Source: Octopus vulgaris (lineage: Eukaryota). Taken from it: 64,000 nucleotides of DNA. Both the position numbers and the translations under genes were made by a program. The stretch is from assembly GCA_951406725.2 (NCBI GenBank), contig OX597817.1, forward strand, positions 76,136,001 through 76,200,000. Reading direction: 5' to 3'. Shown in pieces: positions 38,443-52,765 of the stretch; position 1 is the first letter of the stretch, and each line of letters opens with the position of its first letter. The notes under the pieces were generated by a model that was given only the letters and a program-made list of their open reading frames with translations, made no database searches and was not told where the DNA came from.

Positions 38443-38478
38443 CTTTTTGTCGAAGAGCGTAGGCTTGAAATGTAAAAG
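38443..38478 (+). ncRNA. Very small hammerhead-like motif, A6U variant, decayed
   Basis: CUUU UUGUCGA aGAGC guag GCUU GAAA UG UA/ AAAG; same design as 29838-29870. Confidence 0.5.
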
Positions 38479-38909
38479 ACTTTTCAATTTTTCCGGACCG
38501 TCAAACTAATACACTTGCTTGTTGTTCCTACACCTGTCTTCGCTTGTGTTTTTTCTAGAAATTTGAACCACATATATATATGTATATGCGAGCGCGCGTG
38601 TGTATTCGCATATATTCATATCATTATAGCTACCGGGAGGTTACACTTCTGTTGTCATATACAAATTGTACATTCAGCCGATATATACATTCATTGTTTT
38701 TGTTGTGTTGCAACGAACAATGATAATGGAGAGTCTGTTCGATTTTAGAGGACTGTTTGAAATGATACGTGAATGACACATCATTCATTTATACAGGCTT
38801 TTTGATGTCTCAACCCTTAACGTATATAATACTACTTACAACAGCAAATCTAGGTGAATGCATGAATTGTAGTTCTATGTTTTATAAAGGAATTGTTGGT
38901 GTATTTATT

Positions 38910-39133
38910 ATACGAGGTGGTTCTGAAAAGTTCCTGGCTTTAAGGGTATTGGGAAAGGTCTTTTCGGAGGCTCAACCTTCTGTCTCCTTTTACTGGGTTT
39001 AGAGAAATTGAAGGACCTCTGCAATATGTGTGTGAATCTGAGAGGCGGATATGTTGAATAAAGTCATAATTAACTGATCGTTCTGTATTTTTGTTAACCC
39101 CCAAACCAGGAGCTTTTCATCGCCCTCTCGTAT
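38910..39133. mobile_element. Mariner-type MITE (homologue of 19294-19514)
   Basis: TACGAGGTGGTTCTGAAAAGTTCCTGG ... CCAGGAGCTTTTCATCGCCCTCTCGTA. Confidence 0.78.
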
Positions 39134-39759
39134 TGGTAACTCAGTCTAAAGTAGAGTGAAGATTAAGTTGGAAGAAGACAAATGAGCGTAATATGACTAT
39201 AAGTGGCAAACTTAGTTACTTGCCCAGTATAAGTACACCCCTCGGTTCCTTATAAGAGCTTTTATGAGCCTTCCGTTTATTTCAACCCAAAACCTGTATC
39301 TCACAAGCCTGGTTTTTTATAAATACTTTACTCCCTCTCTCCAACAGTACTGGAATTTGCGCTCATGACCTGTAACTGTTCATGATCATACACACACACG
39401 CACATGTATGTACGTATGTATGTATGTATGTATGTATGTATGTATGTATGTATGTATGTATGTATGTATGGATGGATGGATGGATGGATGGATGGATGGA
39501 TGGATGGATGTTTGTATGTATGTATGTATGTATGTATGTATGTATGTATGTATGTATGTATGTATGCATGCATGTGTGTATATATATATGTAAGTGTATA
39601 TATGTAAGTAAAATAAATTAGTTGTTAATACAAATTCGGTGAGTGTTGCGTTTCATTACTTTACAACTTAGATACAACAATAAAAACACTGGAAATAAAG
39701 CTATCAATTAAATTAATAAATGGATATTGAATGTAAGATACAATTTCTTCTTTGAGTAT

Positions 39760-39950
39760 TTGTGTGTCTGTGTTTATCCTCCCACCATAACATGATAACC
39801 GATATTGGTGTGTTTAAGTTCCCGAAATCTAGCGGTTCGGCAAAACAGACAGATAGAATAAGTACTAGACTTACAAAGAATAAGTTCTGGGGTCTGTGTT
39901 CGACTAAAGGTGGTGCTCCGGCATGGCCTGTAAAACAAGCAAAGAGGGAG
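39760..39950 (+). mobile_element. SINE family A 3' half
   Basis: Matches 26745-26945. Confidence 0.8.
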
Positions 39951-39961
39951 GTAATAATAAA

Positions 39962-40249
39962 AACTTTATCTTGTTTGTTCCTTCTCGATCCATGCTTGAC
40001 TCATAGGGGCCGGTATATCGTAAAGGTTCCCCACCTGAACGGAACGCCAGCCTGCTAGATGCAGGAGGAAAGAGTGAGCGAAAGTTGTGGCGAAAGAGTC
40101 AGCAGAAGTTCGCCACTACCTTCTGACTGAGCCGCTTGGAGCATAGGTGTTTCGCTCATAAACACACATATCGCCCGGTCTGACATTCGAACCCACAATC
40201 CCTCGACTGCGAGTTCTGCTGCTCTAACCACTAGGCTACGTACCTCCAC
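39962..40249 (-). mobile_element. SINE family C variant with a different 3' tail
   Basis: Head TAGTGGTTAGAGCAGCAGAAC-TCG-CAGTCG...GGTTCGAATG and body shared with 30001-30322; tail unrelated. Confidence 0.8.
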
Positions 40250-40260
40250 ATAAGAAAAAC

Positions 40261-40400
40261 TATTTTTGATTTTATATGTTGTCAGATATAGATTCAGCTT
40301 CTGTGGATAAAAAGACTCCAGGAGATGTACTTATTAACTAATCGCTTGGAGTCTTTTTATCCACAGAATCTATATCTGGCAAAATTTGAAATTAAAAATA
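40261..40400. repeat. Inverted repeat with arms of about 58 bp
   Basis: 40261-40322 pairs with 40345-40400. Confidence 0.85.
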
Positions 40401-40892
40401 TTAATTTTTATATTATATGGAGGCACATGCCTGATTTTGTAAAGAATGAGTATTTTTATTTATTTATTTTCATAGTTAATCTATTTACGTGGAAAAATAA
40501 AGATCAAGTTTTCCATCTAGTATGAAGAGAAAAAAAATTATAGTTTCCTTGAATGAATTTATTCTGGGATTAAAGAATTAAATGTTAACTAAATTATCTT
40601 TAGGCGTTTAAGCGATATATCTAATATATACTCTAATCATTCAGTTTCTAAGTATCAATTTTAAATTCTAGTTACGTTTACCTGTCGGCTTAGGTCAACT
40701 TTAAACAGGTATCTTCTAACGTATATTTAAATTCAAATTATGAATTAGAAGCAGGTTAATGATATTAAAAAAACCCGCAGCTTCTGGCGTTTAACGCACA
40801 TTCGTGAAAAGTCAAATCTCCTGCCGTTTAGCAACACATATACTGATATTTGGTACTGATAATGTATATAAATATATAATTATTGATTACAG

Positions 40893-41092
40893 ATTTTGAC
40901 ACAAGGCCAGCAATTTCAGGAGAGAGGTAATTCAATTACATCAACACCAGTATTCAGCTGGCACTTATTTTATCAACTCCGAAAGGACGAAAGGCAAAGT
41001 TAACATCGGTGGAATTTGAACTGAGAACGTAGCGGCAGACAAAATACCGCTACCCATTTAACCCGGCGTGCTAACGATTTAGTTAGCTCGCA
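40893..41092 (-). mobile_element. SINE family B, older subfamily
   Basis: Core match; flanked by duplicated TATAATTATTGAT. Confidence 0.82.
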
Positions 41093-41146
41093 TGCGTTAT
41101 ATGAATATGTATAATTATTGATAGAATCTATTATTTATTCGATTAA

Positions 41147-41552
41147 AGGCGGCGAGCTGGCAGAAAATTTAGCACGCCGGGCGAAATGCTTAGCAGTATT
41201 TCATCTGTCGCTACGTTCAAAGTTCAAATTCCGCCGAGGTCGACTTTGCCTTTCATCCTTTCGGGGTCGATAAATTAAGTCCCAGTTACGCACTGGGGTC
41301 GATGTAATCGGCTTAATCCATTTGTCTGTCCTTGTTTGTCCCTTCTCTTTGTTGCCCCTTGTGGGCAGTAAGGAAATAAGGATCGTTAGCACGCTGCGCG
41401 AAGTGCTTAGCGGTATTTCAACTTTGTCTTTCATCCTTTCGGGGTCGATTAAATAAGTGCGAACTACGCACTGGGTTCGATGTAATCGATTTAATCCCTG
41501 TCCTTGTTTGTCCCTTCTATGTTTAACCCCTTGTTGGCAATAAAGAAATAAA
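41147..41552 (+). mobile_element. SINE family B, head-to-tail partial dimer
   Basis: A full copy then a deleted second copy, both enclosed by duplicated TTATTCGATTAAA. Confidence 0.88.
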
Positions 41553-41899
41553 TACTTATTCGATTAAAAGGAAGCTATAACAGCTTATTAGTGTTAAAGT
41601 ATCGTACAACACGCGATAAACATTATAAGGTTTGCTCAAATCTTTAGAGTTTAGTCTTTAGAGTTTAAATAATTATTATTGGAATCAATAAAGTTAATAT
41701 ATAATAAAAGTTAATATATAATAAAACCTCTATAGTAGAAGACATCTATTAACTTATACCGTATGACGATTTAGTAAGTTCAACTATATCTTTTAAAAAG
41801 TCGATAAATATCATAAGTTAAAACAATATGTCAAATACATAATTATTTCAAAAGGTTTTACACACACACATATATATGTGAACAATAAATTAAATCTAA

Positions 41900-42700
41900 A
41901 ATCTTTCATTTGTATTTCAAAATGTCAAATCTAATGCCTTTCTTTTTCATCTTTACAGAGTAAACATTGAAAATTGTATTTGCGTCAGATAATCGTAGTT
42001 ATGAATTAGAATTCTCTTCGTAGTATATTCTCTTCTTCATAACTGTCAAATATAAGAGATCTTCTTTTTAGTAGACCCTGACATTCCCAAGATACAAGTC
42101 AATATGTAAATTGTTTTTTCCGCTAAATTTTTTAAATTTCCATTTATATTGAAGGCATTTAGTTATCCTACTCTCCGCAGCTGTCAATCATTTTTATTTA
42201 ATCTGATCTTCTATATTTTGTCTGTCAGTTGTATATTATCTAGCTCACTTCTGAGTAACCTGTGGCCCAGGGGCAATATGAAGGATTTTTCTTGCTCTTT
42301 ATCTATCATACTTAATTCCATGAATATCCCTGTATAATAAGCTTGTTAATCATATTTTGCTTGTCTTCACTTCATTCTTTTTTCATTTTCCCACAGTTTC
42401 TTTCAAATGAAGTTTGCTGTAGCTCGTATCACGGGAAAATAGTTATTGAATGCTACAGTAATCTCCCTTATTTTTATTGATTTACTTTTATTATTGAGTG
42501 TATTAAAAGCATAGATTTTAAAAATTATTAATATTAATAATCCATTTTATTTATCAATATCTGTTGAATTGTTAATAAATGTTTTAGTAAAAGAAAAGTA
42601 TTCATCAATATTTTTAGTTAAGTTTACCCGAAGATTTTGAATTTGCTAAGCGTTGTAAATCTTTAAAATTTGATAAAAGTGCATAGTAATGTGCTTCAGG
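41900..42700 (-). pseudogene. Possible highly decayed LINE RT remnant
   Basis: Only traces (APGP, GLLKRRS) are readable. Confidence 0.3.
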
Positions 42701-43099
42701 CAGTGTAACATGTAAATGATATAAATAAAAAAAATTAGCAATCCCGGTGTGAAGTTAAGCTAAATATATTAGTGTCTGCTGATGTCAATAAATGCACAGA
42801 AAGGAAATAAGTTGTATTATCTTACCAAGGTTGTTTGATGCTTCCATAATATTTCGGGAAAGATTTCTTTCATCAAATACAAGAAAAAATCCAAGACTTA
42901 GAAGAAAAGTGTTGTTACTGTGAGGCTATTCTGGGACTTCGATAAACCTAATCCATGACTTGACGAAGAAATGAGAAAATCTCAGGAGAAGTGCCCAAAA
43001 GATTTCTTCATTGTTGCTGTAAAAAATAACACACCGATGAGTCTTATATGTTTTGAATCCTTTTCTAACTTCAAAGATTTACCATCAAGCATCATCAAA

Positions 43100-44890
43100 T
43101 TTTTAAACATTCTGGATATTAAATATTCAAAGAAACTATTAGAAGGCTTAAAATCGAAACGCTTAAGAAACAGATCGGTAATCTAAATATCTTCTCTAAA
43201 AGGTTCTCAGAATTTTAGAAATTACGCACACAAGCTATGTTGTTCGAAACAATGTAGCCAAGCGATCTAAAAATTGTTTTGATGGTAAACTTGTTAAAGA
43301 AAACTTTAAATTGAAGTTTTCGTTTAAGTTGAAATTTATAGCGTTATCACGTGAATTTGCAATAAGACGCTTATTGGTATTTCCAAAACTTTGGTGAAAG
43401 TGAAAGTTCAACATATTTGAAAACTAACTTGTCTCGAAGAAATTGCAGTAGGTTATGCTAACAGAACAATCATTGCTGAACACCAGAAAGAAAAAATGTT
43501 TAATTTCCCTTGGCTATCGATGAAAGTACTGATATGTCAGATTCAGTTCAACTTGCAGATTTTATGCGTGGTGTTGATAAAGATTTTAACGTTACAACAG
43601 AAATGATTTGTATTTAAACAATGAAAGATATAGTGAGGGAAACAATAGTCATGAAGAAAGAAAGAAAGCCATAACGAACTTGTATATCCCTTTAAAAGGC
43701 CGTCAGTATATCAAATGAAAGTGCCGCTGGCTCAGAGATAAATTGTCTTTTTACATTAATATCAGAATGAACTTCTCTAGATTTAACGGAACACATCTTT
43801 GCAACATTTCATTTCATTGCTTTAATGTGCCAAGACGGTAAACTTAAAATCTAATGCATGTCGTTATTTCAAATTTCAATTTCATAAAAACTCGAGAACT
43901 TAATTATAACCATTTTCATCAATTTTCAGAAAATCCTGGATCCAAACATGACGATATGATATACTTTTGTGCTCTTCGTTGCTTGAGCAAAGGAAAGATG
44001 CTTCCACATTTTTATAGAATCAGAGACATATGCAGTTTCCTGAGAAGGAAGGTTAATTTGCCCCCAACACAAGACCAGCACGTTCGAAAGAGGTGATAAA
44101 TCAATTGCACCGACTCCAGAGCTCGACAAGTACTTATTTTATCAACCCCGCAACGATGAACGGCAAAATCCAATTAGAACTCAGAATGTAAAGACGGGCG
44201 AAATACTGCTAAACATTTTGTCTAGCATGCTAATGATTCTGCCAGTTCATCGGCTTCCAATTTCAAAAATACTCCTCGATGTTTTACCCATTTAAACAAT
44301 CTTTATTCAGAATTGTAAGAAAATCAATCAATTCATGAAAAATATTCTCAACTGAGCCTTTTGAAATATAAATTCAATTTGAATGAATCAACTCAAAACT
44401 GGCGATATTTTCTATTTACCTATCACCACGAGAAGGCTGATTGATTAAAAAAAACTTATCTCTAGATTTGATGATTGCAAAGTTATAAATGGCGATTCTC
44501 ATATTTTTGTTATATCCAGTATCATAATTCATTGTTTCTATTTTATTATCAGGATGAAAAGATGGCACGAAAAGTGTTACAAATGGAAATAAAAGATCAT
44601 CAGTGTTGAACTTCGGCAAAAATATCAAGGTAAATCTTTGTTGGTCTTTATTCAAGTGTTCCTAATGAATCTGCATCAAATATCTCTGATTCCTCTGCAG
44701 ATATGGCACCATGTGCACTACTACTTATAAATATGAATTACATTTTTGTCAAATAAAAGTAATGAAGTGAAAAACAGGAATCAATTAAAAAATAATCATT
44801 TCGAAGGCAATTTACGAGTTGCAACGTCTAAATTGTATAGCTAATATTGTAAATCTTGTAAATAAATTTCCAACGTCATGTTTCTCACTT
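43100..44890 (+). pseudogene. hAT (Charlie/SPIN/GTF2IRD2-like) transposase remnant, interrupted by a family B SINE at about 44060-44256
   Basis: FPLAIDESTDMSDSVQLADFMRGVDKDFNVTTE and DMIYFCALRCLSKGKML match the conserved DESTD and YxxVRWLSRG motifs. Confidence 0.75.
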
Positions 44891-44959
44891 AAGTTCATAA
44901 GAAATTTCGTGGTACTTCTTGTTATACAAATAATAAAATATATAAATTAAATATTGTTT

Positions 44960-45125
44960 CTGGTTTAGGAATACAGCAAGCAATTCTTAAGGGGAGAGGG
45001 TTAATTGATTACATCGATCCCAGTGTTTTATTTTATCAATCTGGCGGAGATGAAAAGCAACGTTAACCTTGGTGGGATTTGAACTCAGAACGTAAAAAGC
45101 CGAACAAAAAATACTACAAGACAAT
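44960..45125 (-). mobile_element. SINE family B, old copy
   Basis: Degenerate core match. Confidence 0.65.
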
Positions 45126-45637
45126 GACATCGACGCCCACTCTACTAATCCACAGTTTATAATAAATAAATAAATAAATAAATAAATAAAGAAAGAAAGA
45201 TAGAAAGAAATGTGGCTGTGTACCTTCTCTGAATTTTGTATCAGCTATTAATCCTACTGGATTTCCGTTAGTGACCTTAATTTTGCGTTTTAGAAACTAG
45301 TTCTACCTTTAATCAATTAAACTATCTTTAAACAATTGAAGCTAGTTTCTGGTTTTACGCCCAAAATAGTCAGACTAAATCTCATATATTAATTAAATAC
45401 GAATTTAATGTTTTTTCTTCTTCTTGTAATAGTGTCACCCAGTATATGATGAATAATATCTCATGCGCTTTAACTCTTAAAGTAAGAGATTCAGTTTTTG
45501 TATATATTACGTCATCTAGAAATCAAAATTTAGGATATAATTGTGGTCTTGAAATTACTTAAGCAAATATTTCCAAACTCTAAGCAGCATTCGGCAAATA
45601 GGGCTACAACTGAAATACACATACGCTATATATCTAT

Positions 45638-45668
<31 letters not shown>

Positions 45669-45671
<3 letters not shown>

Positions 45672-45912
45672 CGGGCATTGTGAGTGTTTATTGAGCGAAA
45701 ACACCTAAAAGTTCCACGAGGCTCCGGCAGGGGGGTGGGGGTGGCGAACCATGCTGTACTCTTTCGCCACAACTTTCACTCATTCTTCTGTTGGCCAGCT
45801 CGCTTAGCCAGCCGGGTAGCGTCATTTGAAGGCTAAAACAATGCTAAGCGCATTGTGACCAGCGATGTGTAGCAACATCTGATAGCCTGGTCGGTCACGG
45901 CCATCACGGTGA
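45669..45912 (+). mobile_element. SINE family C, 5'-truncated, inside (TA)n
   Basis: Reverse-complement match to 30001-30255; ends CACGGTGA(TA)n. Confidence 0.85.
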
Positions 45913-45930
45913 TATATATATATATATATA

Positions 45931-46031
<101 letters not shown>

Positions 46032-46494
46032 GGGCACCATATCAAGCGGCGTCAAAAATTTAACAACTTCTTAACACAGTCTTGTATTGAAATACTTTGT
46101 GCTCTTACTACCCGTTATTGATATCCGCACAGAATAACCGTAATCTAATTGAATATCAAGATATTAAGTTACGTACTCATTAGACTCTGTTTTTGTCATG
46201 TTTCAATTTAAAATAAATACAGATATCTTAAAATTATAGATGAACAGACCTAAAATGATCTGACATAATTAACATTCAGTTCGACCATAATGGTCTTCAT
46301 ATTAACTATATATGTTAGATGTATGGAATTCAAGTATAATAGATATGGACATCTTACCATTTAGTTTTGAACAAATTTATTTGTACTTTATAGCGCATGT
46401 TTATACAGGACGTCAATAGCAGTAAATTCTCGTTTTACTTTCTTTTAATTCAGACTGCAGTTGATTTCATGTGTATTTATAAAGATTTCTGTTG

Positions 46495-46720
46495 CTTCTT
46501 TTATTCTTTCACATGTTTCAGCCAGAGAAATGAGGACTTGCTGACGCACTGTTTTGAATTTTGTTATCAAAGAAATCGCCCACAGTACTTGTTTTTTTTT
46601 TTAAAGGCTTGTAGTTATTCTATTGGTCTCTTTTGCCAAACCGCTAGGTATGAGGACGTAAAGAAAACAACGCTTGTAGACAACGCTTATTGTTAAGTGG
46701 TGTGGGTCAAATAGAAAGAC
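46495..46720 (-). mobile_element. SINE family A 3' half, diverged
   Basis: TATTCTATTGGTCTCTTTTGCCAAACCGCTAGGTATGAGGACGTAAA match. Confidence 0.7.
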
Positions 46721-46724
46721 ACGC

Positions 46725-46826
<102 letters not shown>

Positions 46827-46859
46827 ATGAAAAAAACAAATAAATAAAATAAAGAAATA

Positions 46860-46914
<55 letters not shown>

Positions 46915-47844
46915 ATATCTATCTATATATCTATCTATATATCTATCTATCTATCTACCTGTATGTCTGTCTGTCTGTCTAAAGACGGGGGTTTCACACA
47001 GGTTCTGTGTACGAAACTAACTTACAATACAGTAATCGATCAGGGGATGAACTCGAAAGTGGCTGTGAAGCGAATTACACAGCTACATCTGCACATAAAC
47101 ACCGTTAAAAATATATATCTGAAATTGTTTTCTTTTAAAAGGCACTAAACTCAGCTGCTAATGATGTTTTCTCCAATCTTAGGTTTTCACCAACTATTTG
47201 GGATCTTAGGGTTTATATTTTGAATGTAGTTTATAATCTTTACTTGCATCAACTAAAATTCTTGAAAATAACTTCTATTATATCCAATATCATAATATAT
47301 CGTATTTATTTAATCATTTATATCCTCTATTTAGGGTTCACATATACTAAAACATCAGAATGAGATCAGATGTGACGAGAAAAAGTATGAAGTAAGCGGT
47401 ATAGAGAGTAATAGAGATAAGAATAATAACTAAATGAAGAGTGAAGTAGAGTAAGGATGGGAGGTAAATGAAACATAATTGAGAGAAGGAGAGAGAGAGG
47501 GAGAGGGGCAGAGAGAAAGAGAGACAGATAGACAGAGAGAAAGAAAGAGAGAAAGAGAGAGAAGCCTGAATCTTAGGAGAAGTTTTAAACAAGGATGGAG
47601 AAAGAAAAGTTAGATGGTGGAGCCAAACTTTTGACTCCATAGTGCCTTTTTTCTCATTCGCTATGTTTTTGAAGTGCATATTAGTAAAAGAAATGATGAC
47701 ATAATCAAATGGAAGCTCTGTGTTCCAGCATCACTTTTAGGTACTATTTTAAGGTGAATTAGTTCCTGTGGCCAGTTTAGTATACTTGAAGTGTGAATTC
47801 TGTAGGCTATCGTTGTTTATGACATATATTCACTTGTGTGTATG

Positions 47845-48200
47845 TGTGTGTTAGTTCCTTCTGATGTCACATGTAGCATGGGGCAACGAGAGTTTTCCAT
47901 CCAGCCCTGTTTAAAACCCTATTATGAACCTGATTTCAGACAAGGTGTATATCAGCCAAATCTTATGCCATAGTTCTCAACCAGATCTTAACAGGTTTTT
48001 CATGTTGCCTATTGCTCCCATCTCCAGTTGTCCCTGAAGAGAAGTTCTCATTGATCTTTTTCTGGGCGTGCTTAACACACAGACAAGTATCTTCTGTCTC
48101 ACAGCCCTTTCAATTACTTCTTGATTTGTGTCGTCTTTGCGATACGAAATTCTTAGTATGATCCTAAGGTAAAGTCTGTGGGAGTTTTCAAATGTTTATG
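47845..48200 (-). mobile_element. Possible RTE-like LINE 3' end remnant
   Basis: Weak C-terminal resemblance, ending at a (CA)-rich tail. Confidence 0.35.
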
Positions 48201-48599
48201 TATTAACCATATTGTTTCCAGTAGTAATTAACTTTTAAGATTTACTCATGAGTAAAGCTAATTTTGGTCTTTTCTCGCAAGCATAAAATGCCCTCAACAA
48301 GGCTATAGAAGTTTACAGACGGGCAACTTACCGTCCTGCGTTTGTATTTTGTCGGGCATCGTATCTTGTGTATCATTTTTACCGTTGATATAACCTTGCT
48401 ACATTTGTATATTATTTGTTCTTTACAAAGATGAGTGGTGAAATGTAAACTGTCACAAAAAGAAGGAAAAGGATGCGCAGTCATTCAAGATTGCAAAATC
48501 TTGAATACAAGGATTGGCTTCAACAAAATGAAAATGATAAAGAAAGTAGCTATTTTAAATCTAGAAACGTTACTCTGAGAAATGCAAATAGATCCATGC

Positions 48600-50450
48600 A
48601 TCTGAAATAAAAAATCTTTCAAACATAAGAAATGTTTTTATGTGGCCAAATCTAGTGTTGATATTTGTCAATTCATTGCCAAAAAGTCACGAGAGGCTGA
48701 ACAAAGAGCCAAAAGGGAACTGCTTATTGTTGGCTTAACTTTTCAAACGGTGATCATCTTCTGGCGAAGATTTCCGAACAAAGAAAAAGTGATAGAAAGT
48801 CATCTACAAAAAGAAAATTTCCGTATCTTATTCGAGATGGAATAGCCTTTCATGAAAAATAGTGATAGCTTATATCTGTATGATACGAAATTTTTTTTAC
48901 CGTAGTTAATAAATGTGCATATATTTCAGTTGCCAAATTTTTCGTTGTTCTATAAGTTGCAAGATACTTTCATTTGCATAAACATGACGTAACAGACGTG
49001 TCGTTAGATACTGTAGTCGTTGAAAGTTGTAGTGCACGTGAACACTGTGTATACTCAGCTAATTTTTATGAAAATTAATGACTCTTGGATTTTAAAAATT
49101 GTCAAAACTATTTTGCATGAAAGAAATATTCCTCTAGAAAATATTAGATTCCCAAGTTATAATTATTCTTCCATCATAATCACTAAAAGTGGATTCTATT
49201 ATTGGATTATATCAACTGTTTTCATTACAGGATGTATCATTCTTTCGCTCTTCGTGCTGACCATGCTGTTAGGATTTTTGAAGGATTTAACACAGTTTGC
49301 CGCAGCGGCAAATGACAACAGAAGTTTACACTTATTACAGAAATTATCCTGACTACTCATTAAATACCTAACTCATGGAACAAGGTAGCTTTTCCGGGAA
49401 ATAGTTATTGCAATAATCATAGAATAATTTGAAGGTTTGTCTCTATATTTTTAAAGTGAATAGTCAAACCTGATGTTGCGTAAAGAATACGGGGTTAAAC
49501 AACTCCAGATTCAAGCATATACTAGTTTTACTTAAATGAGTGCTACAGAGGCAAAGAATTTGTTGAATTACGATCTAAGCAGTTCAGGATACGTCGTCTG
49601 TATTTAATGAAATCAGGAAAATGCAAAAATCTCTTGAACTTATTAATTAAAGATGAATTGCTGAAGAACATTTAATTAACAGAAATTGAGCCAAGTTATT
49701 GAAGTTATTACAAAACTATTACTTATCTCGGAAGCAAGGCAGCAATACATTTAATTAGGAAATTTGTTGATAATAAAATCTGTGTTAGAAGAGACTAATT
49801 GTTTAAATTGGAATTCTTAGAGAACTTTGTTTCGGGATATGAAAAATTTTCTTTTCAGTGAAAAATTGGAAAGACTCAAAACTAGATTATTAATGTAATG
49901 TACATCATTCCGCTATGATTTCCAGTCTGTCATTCCCGAAGCTGTTCATTTCCCGACTGTTGAGTCAAAAATCAGACTAAATGATCTTGATGAGTAGGGA
50001 AAATATTGTTTAGCAGCAAACGATTTTTCTATCTCCACAGAAAATATTCCTGAATATTGGCACAAGATAAATGACATAAAAGAAGAACTTCATTATTAAA
50101 AAGACATGATTTCTTAACCAATTTTATGACTTATTTAACTATCTCACCAAAGACAACAAGAGGCTTTGAAAGAACATTATCTTCAATAGTCTGAGTCAAA
50201 AAGGGGAAGCACCAATTCTTTAAAAGCAGATACTGTAAAAGTTAAGTTACTTGCAGGGTGATTTATTGCTAGAAATGCTCTGGAATGCATTTTATACAAG
50301 AACTTTGGAAGACATAATCAAGGAATTTGGAAGAAAATGCCATGAGCAAAAGCTACTTGGAAAAAATGTATAAAAAGACAAACGCGTCAATACGTTTGAT
50401 CTTTTACGAGGAACTGAAGACAACGTGGAATAGTTATTGCATTCTATTAT
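48600..50450 (+). pseudogene. Highly decayed hAT-like transposase
   Basis: Traces in the expected order: DVTDVS (DETTDVS), GC..HSFAL.A.HA, WHKIN, GFERTLSSI (ERxFS dimerisation motif). Confidence 0.5.
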
Positions 50451-50623
50451 ATAATACTAAGAAACCATTATTATTTCTGTTTAGACACGATGTTTTTATT
50501 ATCTAAGATTTTTGAGTTTGTTTGCCAATTCTTCTAATTCTGGTTTAGAATTTTTTTTTTCGGAAAATCACATTAGACCCCCTGCAATAGAAATGTTCAG
50601 ATGTTAAACTAGATACATTGTTT

Positions 50624-50697
<74 letters not shown>

Positions 50698-51219
50698 TCT
50701 GCTGCATCTGCTGCTGTTGATAATAATAATTGTTCTGGTGTAGTACCAGACAGTGGCTCTCATGGCTTTTGGTCTTAAATGATTGAAAGTGTTATCATGT
50801 ACATTGTTTTGTCTCGGTTTAAAAGATAGGCTGCATCAAATATTCCGCTCAATACCACAGATTTGCTTGTCAGTAGTTTGACTATAACCAGTTGAGCATA
50901 TCCCTTATTGGCTGGCAATATCTGCATCTCTGATCACGAGTAGAGGTTGTGGAGAAGCATCATAACCATATGTTGAGAGGAATTCTTTAGAGTTTGGATA
51001 ATTCACCTAGCGAAGCATGGGCGTTTTGTCCAACATCCTTAAGCAACCCTTATTCAGGGTTGGGCTATTAATCTTCATAGGCGATCACATATGGTTGTGA
51101 TGCATGTACCTGGTGTACCGTTGTCAGAGGGGTTGTAATGATAGGTATATACTGGTCTTCGTATATTTTACCTTAGTGTCGCTTTGATAGCATTCACTGC
51201 TCTCTCACTCACTCACTCG

Positions 51220-51296
<77 letters not shown>

Positions 51297-51297
51297 T

Positions 51298-51440
51298 TCC
51301 AAAGATAGAGGGGACAAACGAGGACAGACCAACGGATTAAGACGATTACATCGATTCCAGTGCGTAACTGGTACTTTATTTATTGACCCCGAAATGATGA
51401 AAGGCAAAGTCGACCTGGGTGGAATTTGAACTCAGAACTT
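51298..51440 (-). mobile_element. SINE family B fragment next to (ATA)n
   Basis: Core match to 10141-10373. Confidence 0.8.
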
Positions 51441-52464
51441 TGAACTTGACAAAGACAGACTTACTGTTGAAATATCGTTCAACGAATAAAATATCTAGTA
51501 CAATTGAATTGCGCTCTTCGTCTTGACTGTTTCGTGGATTCTGCAGCGTACACCAAATGGGAATCTTTATATGTTCCAAATTCCGTATAAATCATAACAT
51601 TTCTGTTATGATTTCTAATGGAATTCACTTCACTCACGTTGTTGCACAATGAACAGGGCTTACCTCTTTTACGGCTGTTCTTTAAGGTACTGCGTGCAGA
51701 TACTCAAATGATCCCTAAAGAGACAAACTAGTAATACTTTATTTAGCACATATTTATATCACTTTGCTTGCCTTCCTTCGCTTCGTTTCATGCTCTTGCT
51801 TGATAAGGCTGGAGTCATTTCAGGTTAGTGGTCCCAAAGACGTTAACATGCAGAACCAGTCAGGTCCACCAATGCTCTCCGTTGCTGACGGTCCAATATC
51901 AACCCCTCTGCATCCTACATATTTATATAATATTTTTATACTAACCACTTATATTTTCTCCTTATTCAAACATTGTGTGTGCGTATGTGTGTATGTATGT
52001 ATGTATGTATGTATGTATGTGTGTGTGCATGTATGTGTGTGGATGTGTGTATGAGTGTTTGTATGTATAATTGTAAGGGTGCAAATTTGATAAATAGATG
52101 ACACAATATCTTTGACATTTCAAAAATTCAAACTGGACGGATGTTTCAATAACCTACACATTATAGCGATAATAATAACAATTATACAGGACTTGGAATG
52201 TGAGTATACATACATACACGATTACATACGTGCAAATATATATGTGTGCGTGTATAAATATATGTGTATACACACACACATATATATAAAACTTCTCTTG
52301 CTTTCTTTCTGCTATGTCCACTTACAAGTCTATGGTCGGCCCGAAGACATTTCTCCAAGATACTATTCAGTGAAACTGAATTGTAAATCTTAAACATACA
52401 GTCATGCGTCCACCTCTCATATGTATATGTGCATGTATATATATATATGTGCTTACGTGTGTGT

Positions 52465-52755
52465 TGGCGCATGGCCTTATGATTAGTATGTTGCTCTCAC
52501 GATTGCCAAATGGTAGGTTTGATTCTCAGACGGACGGCGCGTTGTTGAGCAAAATACTGGATTTCATGTTCTTCTGCGATCATTTCGACATCTGATGTGT
52601 GGCACACTTGTACATCTGTACAGGCAATAACGATTTAATAGAGAGTGTGAGCTAATGTACAGCACATCCATTTGGCAACTATAAACAAATCATTTGTGTA
52701 GGGCGTTCAGCAAAAGCTGAACTCTCAAACATCATTTTCGTTGTGAGATTCCATC
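52465..52755 (+). mobile_element. SINE family C-related element with a third tail type
   Basis: GGCGCATGGCCTTATGATTAG...GGTTTGATTCTCAGACGG...TTGAGCAAAATAC head similar to family C. Confidence 0.6.
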
Positions 52756-52765
52756 TATATATATA

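Noticed and set aside
50745-51230. Complex sequence ending in (ATA)n, probably a retroelement 3' region
   Set aside because: Single copy in the window with no readable protein motif, so it cannot be classified from the sequence alone.
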